From Macrostomum lignano (lineage: Eukaryota): a DNA stretch of 64,000 nucleotides. The stretch spans positions 1-64,000 of the forward strand of contig NIVC01002729.1 in assembly GCA_002269645.1 (NCBI GenBank). The letters run 5' to 3'. This document shows positions 60,262-64,000 of the stretch, piece by piece (positions within the stretch are counted from its first letter, which is position 1; every line of letters begins with the position of its first letter). A program made the position numbers and the translations under genes. The notes below the pieces were generated by a model that was given only the letters and a program-made list of their open reading frames with translations, searched no databases and was not told where the DNA came from.

Positions 60262-63000
60262 CCCCTATAAATAAATTTTATGGTCAAAATATATAAAACA
60301 TGAAAAAGTGAATTATTTTTAAATGAAAATACAAGTTAGTTTTATTATGACTTGCACAAATTTTGTTTTTGTTTTATATATAAAACTATTGCATTCTTTT
60401 CAAATTGTTCATTGAAATTTTTTCAATGTAAAATTAATAACTTTGTTTTTAGCACTTTTTTCATTTTTACAATTCCTAATAATTTCTAAACAGTTAGAAA
60501 TTTTAAAGTTTTTGCTTTTAGATTAGTGCAAAAATGTGGCAATCATATTGTCTAATATAGCATTAATGCTTGGGAGTGTCTATGGTCCAAAGCCTAAAGG
60601 GATGAGTTAGTTAGAAAGAGGAGAAATACATTTAGACTTATGTTCTTGCTACTAGGTTCTTACTAAGACCATTAACCATTAAGTTGATTGTCACCATGCT
60701 AGTAGGCTACCTTGCAGAACTATCATTTACTGTAAATCCAAACTCGCTATATAATACTATCAAGCTGACTAAGGAGAGAAACATGTCAATGGTGGCAAAG
60801 TTGGCTAGGCTGACATGGGACACCCAGCAAATGGCTAGCAACCTACTGACTTCTTAAGAATTAGCACATTATCCCATCAATGTTTTTGGCCACATAATAT
60901 ATTGGATTGCCTATTATTTGAGTTTTGACAAGAGTCTTGACACTTATTGTTTCATTGTTTCTGATAAATTGTTTTATTGTTTCCTGCACTTTTGTACCAA
61001 TCTAAAATAAGAAACTTCAAAACTATGAATTGATAGGAATCATTAAGAATTGCTAGAATTAGAAGAATTGCAAAAAACAAAGTTCTTAATTTATTGTTTT
61101 AATAGCTTAGGAGATATCCAAACATGCTAAAATCAGCTTTTCAAGTGGAAAAAATATAAAAAACATTGAAAAAATAGTTTAATGAAGGATTTGAGAAGTT
61201 TACCAAAACTTTATACAAATATAATTATTGTCAGTGTTGGGAACTATTAATGAAAATCTTATCTTCCATTAATGGCAAAAGCATTTAATGTAAAAACAAA
61301 ATAATCTTAACTTATTAACTCTTAATTTTGTTAAGTTAATTGAAAGTTAACTGATAATTGTTAATAAGTATTAATCTGTTAATTTGTAATGTTTTAACTT
61401 CTTATCAGACATATATTTTTGTTCTTTTTTTGTATCTTTGGTCATTGACACTGTCATTAATGTTAACAATGAATGTGTCATTAACTCACAAAATTATTAT
61501 TGCAAATTCATTAATCCCTTAGTGCAAAAAATCTTAATGGCAGTCTATTAACATTAATAAGAAATGTTAATGCTTATTAACACTTAATAATGGGTTGATG
61601 CTTATTAATAGACAGGTGTCCAACAGTGTTTATTGTTTATTGTTTTGAACTTTTTTAATTGAAATGAAATATCAAAATCATTAGTCTAGTAGTACTGTTA
61701 CAAAATTGATGATTTGAAGCTTTGTATATGATAATAGGGGCCTATATTTGGCATATATTGGTATATATTAAAATGTGATCATTTTTTCCAGGGTACTTAC
61801 TGACTATTCCAAACTATGAAAATATAAATATTTTTTATTTTTATGATTGATATACTTATAAAGCATGAATGTATATTAAGAAGTCCTAATAAGCCCATAG
61901 GTAAAAATACAAATAAAAGCTAATTTATATGTTTTTGTATATATTTGGATTATTGCATTTATATTTTTATTATTAAACTATAATCATAAAGACTTTATTA
62001 CTTTTTTTACTGAACATTCTTTATACATTGCTTTGAATGGTCTTTGTGTAAAGCTTACTAAATTTCAATTAAGCTAAAGACTAAAATTAAAGAACAAATA
62101 TATTGGTTTAACAAAATGAAAGCTACTTTAATTGGCTAAAGTAATTTGTTATAAAACATTAAATAAACTAGGTTATTTTATTATTTAGTGCATTTGATTC
62201 TAATTTCTATTTTAGGCATTAAAAAGAAGCAGGTAAACATGTTAAAAATACTTAAATAAGAAATGTTCAAGTTATAACTATATAAAAACTTATTAAGTAA
62301 TTACTCAATAAGTAAAAAAGAAACTGAGTATAGTTAGGTTAAGCCTAACTTTTATATATTTGCATATTTGAATATATTCTTATTTTTTAGATTGGCTCAA
62401 ATATCCATAAACCTATAAAAGTCTAAAAATAACTTTGATCCTTCTAGCACTCATTTCATAACATTGTAGGCTAGACCCTAACACTTAATACCCTATACTT
62501 TATGGGAAGAGGCACAATATATTATATATGATAAAGGCAGGTGCTACAAGCAGAATGAATCTTAGCTTAGATCTTATATATTTCTAATTATATTTAGTGA
62601 TTTAGAACTAAGGCAACCAAATCATTTAGTTTTTTAAACTGTGACTAAGGAAGTATATTACTCTAATACAAACTGGTTGATAAGACTCTTGGTAAGATGA
62701 AATCAGTAGGGGATAATAACAATAAATTCCGTATACTAATATGATAACTACAATTATTAGTTTTTTGGCCTAATTTTTAGTAAAGAATTCTTTAATTGAC
62801 TCATACAAAATAAAACAATTACAAAATAAACAAATTACAGTTAATTTTTGACTTGTTAATTTTTGCATGAGTTGCAATGGTTGAGTAGCTACTGGCTGTC
62901 TTTCTAACAAAATCAATGCACAATGGATAAAAATATGCTGCTGATTGGACGGGTGAGTTGCTGTTGGCAAATTTTGCCATTCTACTCGTAGATTTAGTGC
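60262..63000. other. Strongly AT-rich non-coding block
   Basis: Visibly much lower GC than the rest of the window, CpG-poor, many TTAAT/ATTAA motifs, no credible ORF. Confidence 0.7.
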
Positions 63001-63064
63001 AGGTCATTGTTTATTAAATAAATTTTCTGTTTGCTTATCTCTATATCTTGGGCCAGCTGGGAGT

Positions 63065-63870
63065 GGAAAAAGGGAATAGAGTGAGAGAGGAGAGGAGAGG
63101 CAAGACAAGGCGAGGCGAGAGATGGGATGAGAGAAAAGATAAGACGAGAGAGAGGAGAGGTAGAGAAGACTGGAGAGAGGAGAGAAGAGAGAAGATATGA
63201 GAGAGGAGAGATGTAGAGAAGAGGGGAGAAAAGAAAGGTAGAGAAGAGGGGAGAAAAGAAAGGTAGAGAAGAGGGGAGAAAAGAGAGGTAGAGAAGAGGG
63301 GAGAGAGGAGAGAGGTAGAGAAGAGGGGAGAGAGGAGAGAGGTAGAGAAGAGGGGAGAGAGGTAGAGAAGAGGGGAGAGAGGTAGAGAAGAGGGGAGAGA
63401 GGAGAGAGGTAGAGAAGAGGGGAGAGAGGAGAGAGGTAGAGAAGAGGGGAGAGAGGAGAGAGGTGGAGAAGAGGGGAGAGAGGAGAGAGGTAGAGAAGAG
63501 GGGAGAGAGGAGAGGTAGATAAGAGGAAGAAAAGAGAGGTAGAGAAGAGGGGAGAGAGGAGAGAAGAGAGAAGATATGAGAGAGGAGAGATGTAGAGAAG
63601 AGGGGAGAAAAGAAAGGTAGAGAAGAGGGGAGAAAAGAGAGGTAGAGAAGAGGGGAGAGAGGAGAGGTAGAGAAGAGGGGAGAGAGGAGAGGTAGAGAAG
63701 AGGGGAGAGAGGAGAGGTAGATAAGAGGGAGAGAGGAGAGGTAGAGAAGAGTGGAGAGGAGAGGTAGAGAAGAGGGGAGAGAGGAGAGGTAGAGAAGAGT
63801 GGAGAGGAGAGGTAGAGAAGATGGGAGAGAGGAGAGGTAGAGAAGAGGGGAGAGAGGAGAGAAAGAGCTG
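63065..63870. repeat. GA-rich minisatellite/low-complexity tract
   Basis: GGTAGAGAAGAGGGGAGAGAGGAGAGA-type units. Confidence 0.9.
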
Positions 63871-64000
63871 AAGAGACAAGCCTTGAGCGGACCTGATTGC
63901 TATTGTAAAGTTTCAGAGACCAAGGGCTAGATAGATAGGCTTTTCGGGCCGGACTTTGCCGACCCCTGAACCACACGATTGCACTGACTTGTTTTGGTAT

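Overview
Eukaryotic (metazoan) genomic DNA: GT-AG introns, GC3-rich coding exons and very dense intronic and intergenic minisatellites. This style fits a repeat-rich invertebrate such as a macrostomid flatworm (inference, not verified). Genes reconstructed by hand: a 5'-truncated nucleolin with frameshifts (1-2275, +); two tandem, diverged two-TM genes of the BK-channel beta subunit (KCNMB/CaKB)-like family (9145-10484 and 13503-14778, +); an unassigned two-exon gene (17036-15578, -); a four-exon LIM-homeodomain islet gene (28496-18837, -); a four-exon Gab/DOS-like PH adaptor (40077-42275, +); two tandem six-exon HHAT/Rasp-like MBOAT acyltransferases (45763-51937 and 55129-58269, +); and a probable BEN/DUF4806-like gene between them on the - strand. 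Mobile DNA includes two tRNA-derived SINE families (one with intact 12-14 bp TSDs, one CORE-like), decayed non-LTR retrotransposons and several non-autonomous DNA elements, among them a 46-bp hairpin with an 8-bp TSD. Most notable observations: (i) three introns whose minisatellite arrays start at nucleotide +1 of the 5' splice site; (ii) a 722-bp near-identical tract over the catalytic core of two otherwise diverged HHAT paralogs; (iii) the KCNMB-like gene pair. No CRISPR arrays, rRNA or convincing tRNA genes were seen. All coordinates and counts were read by eye.
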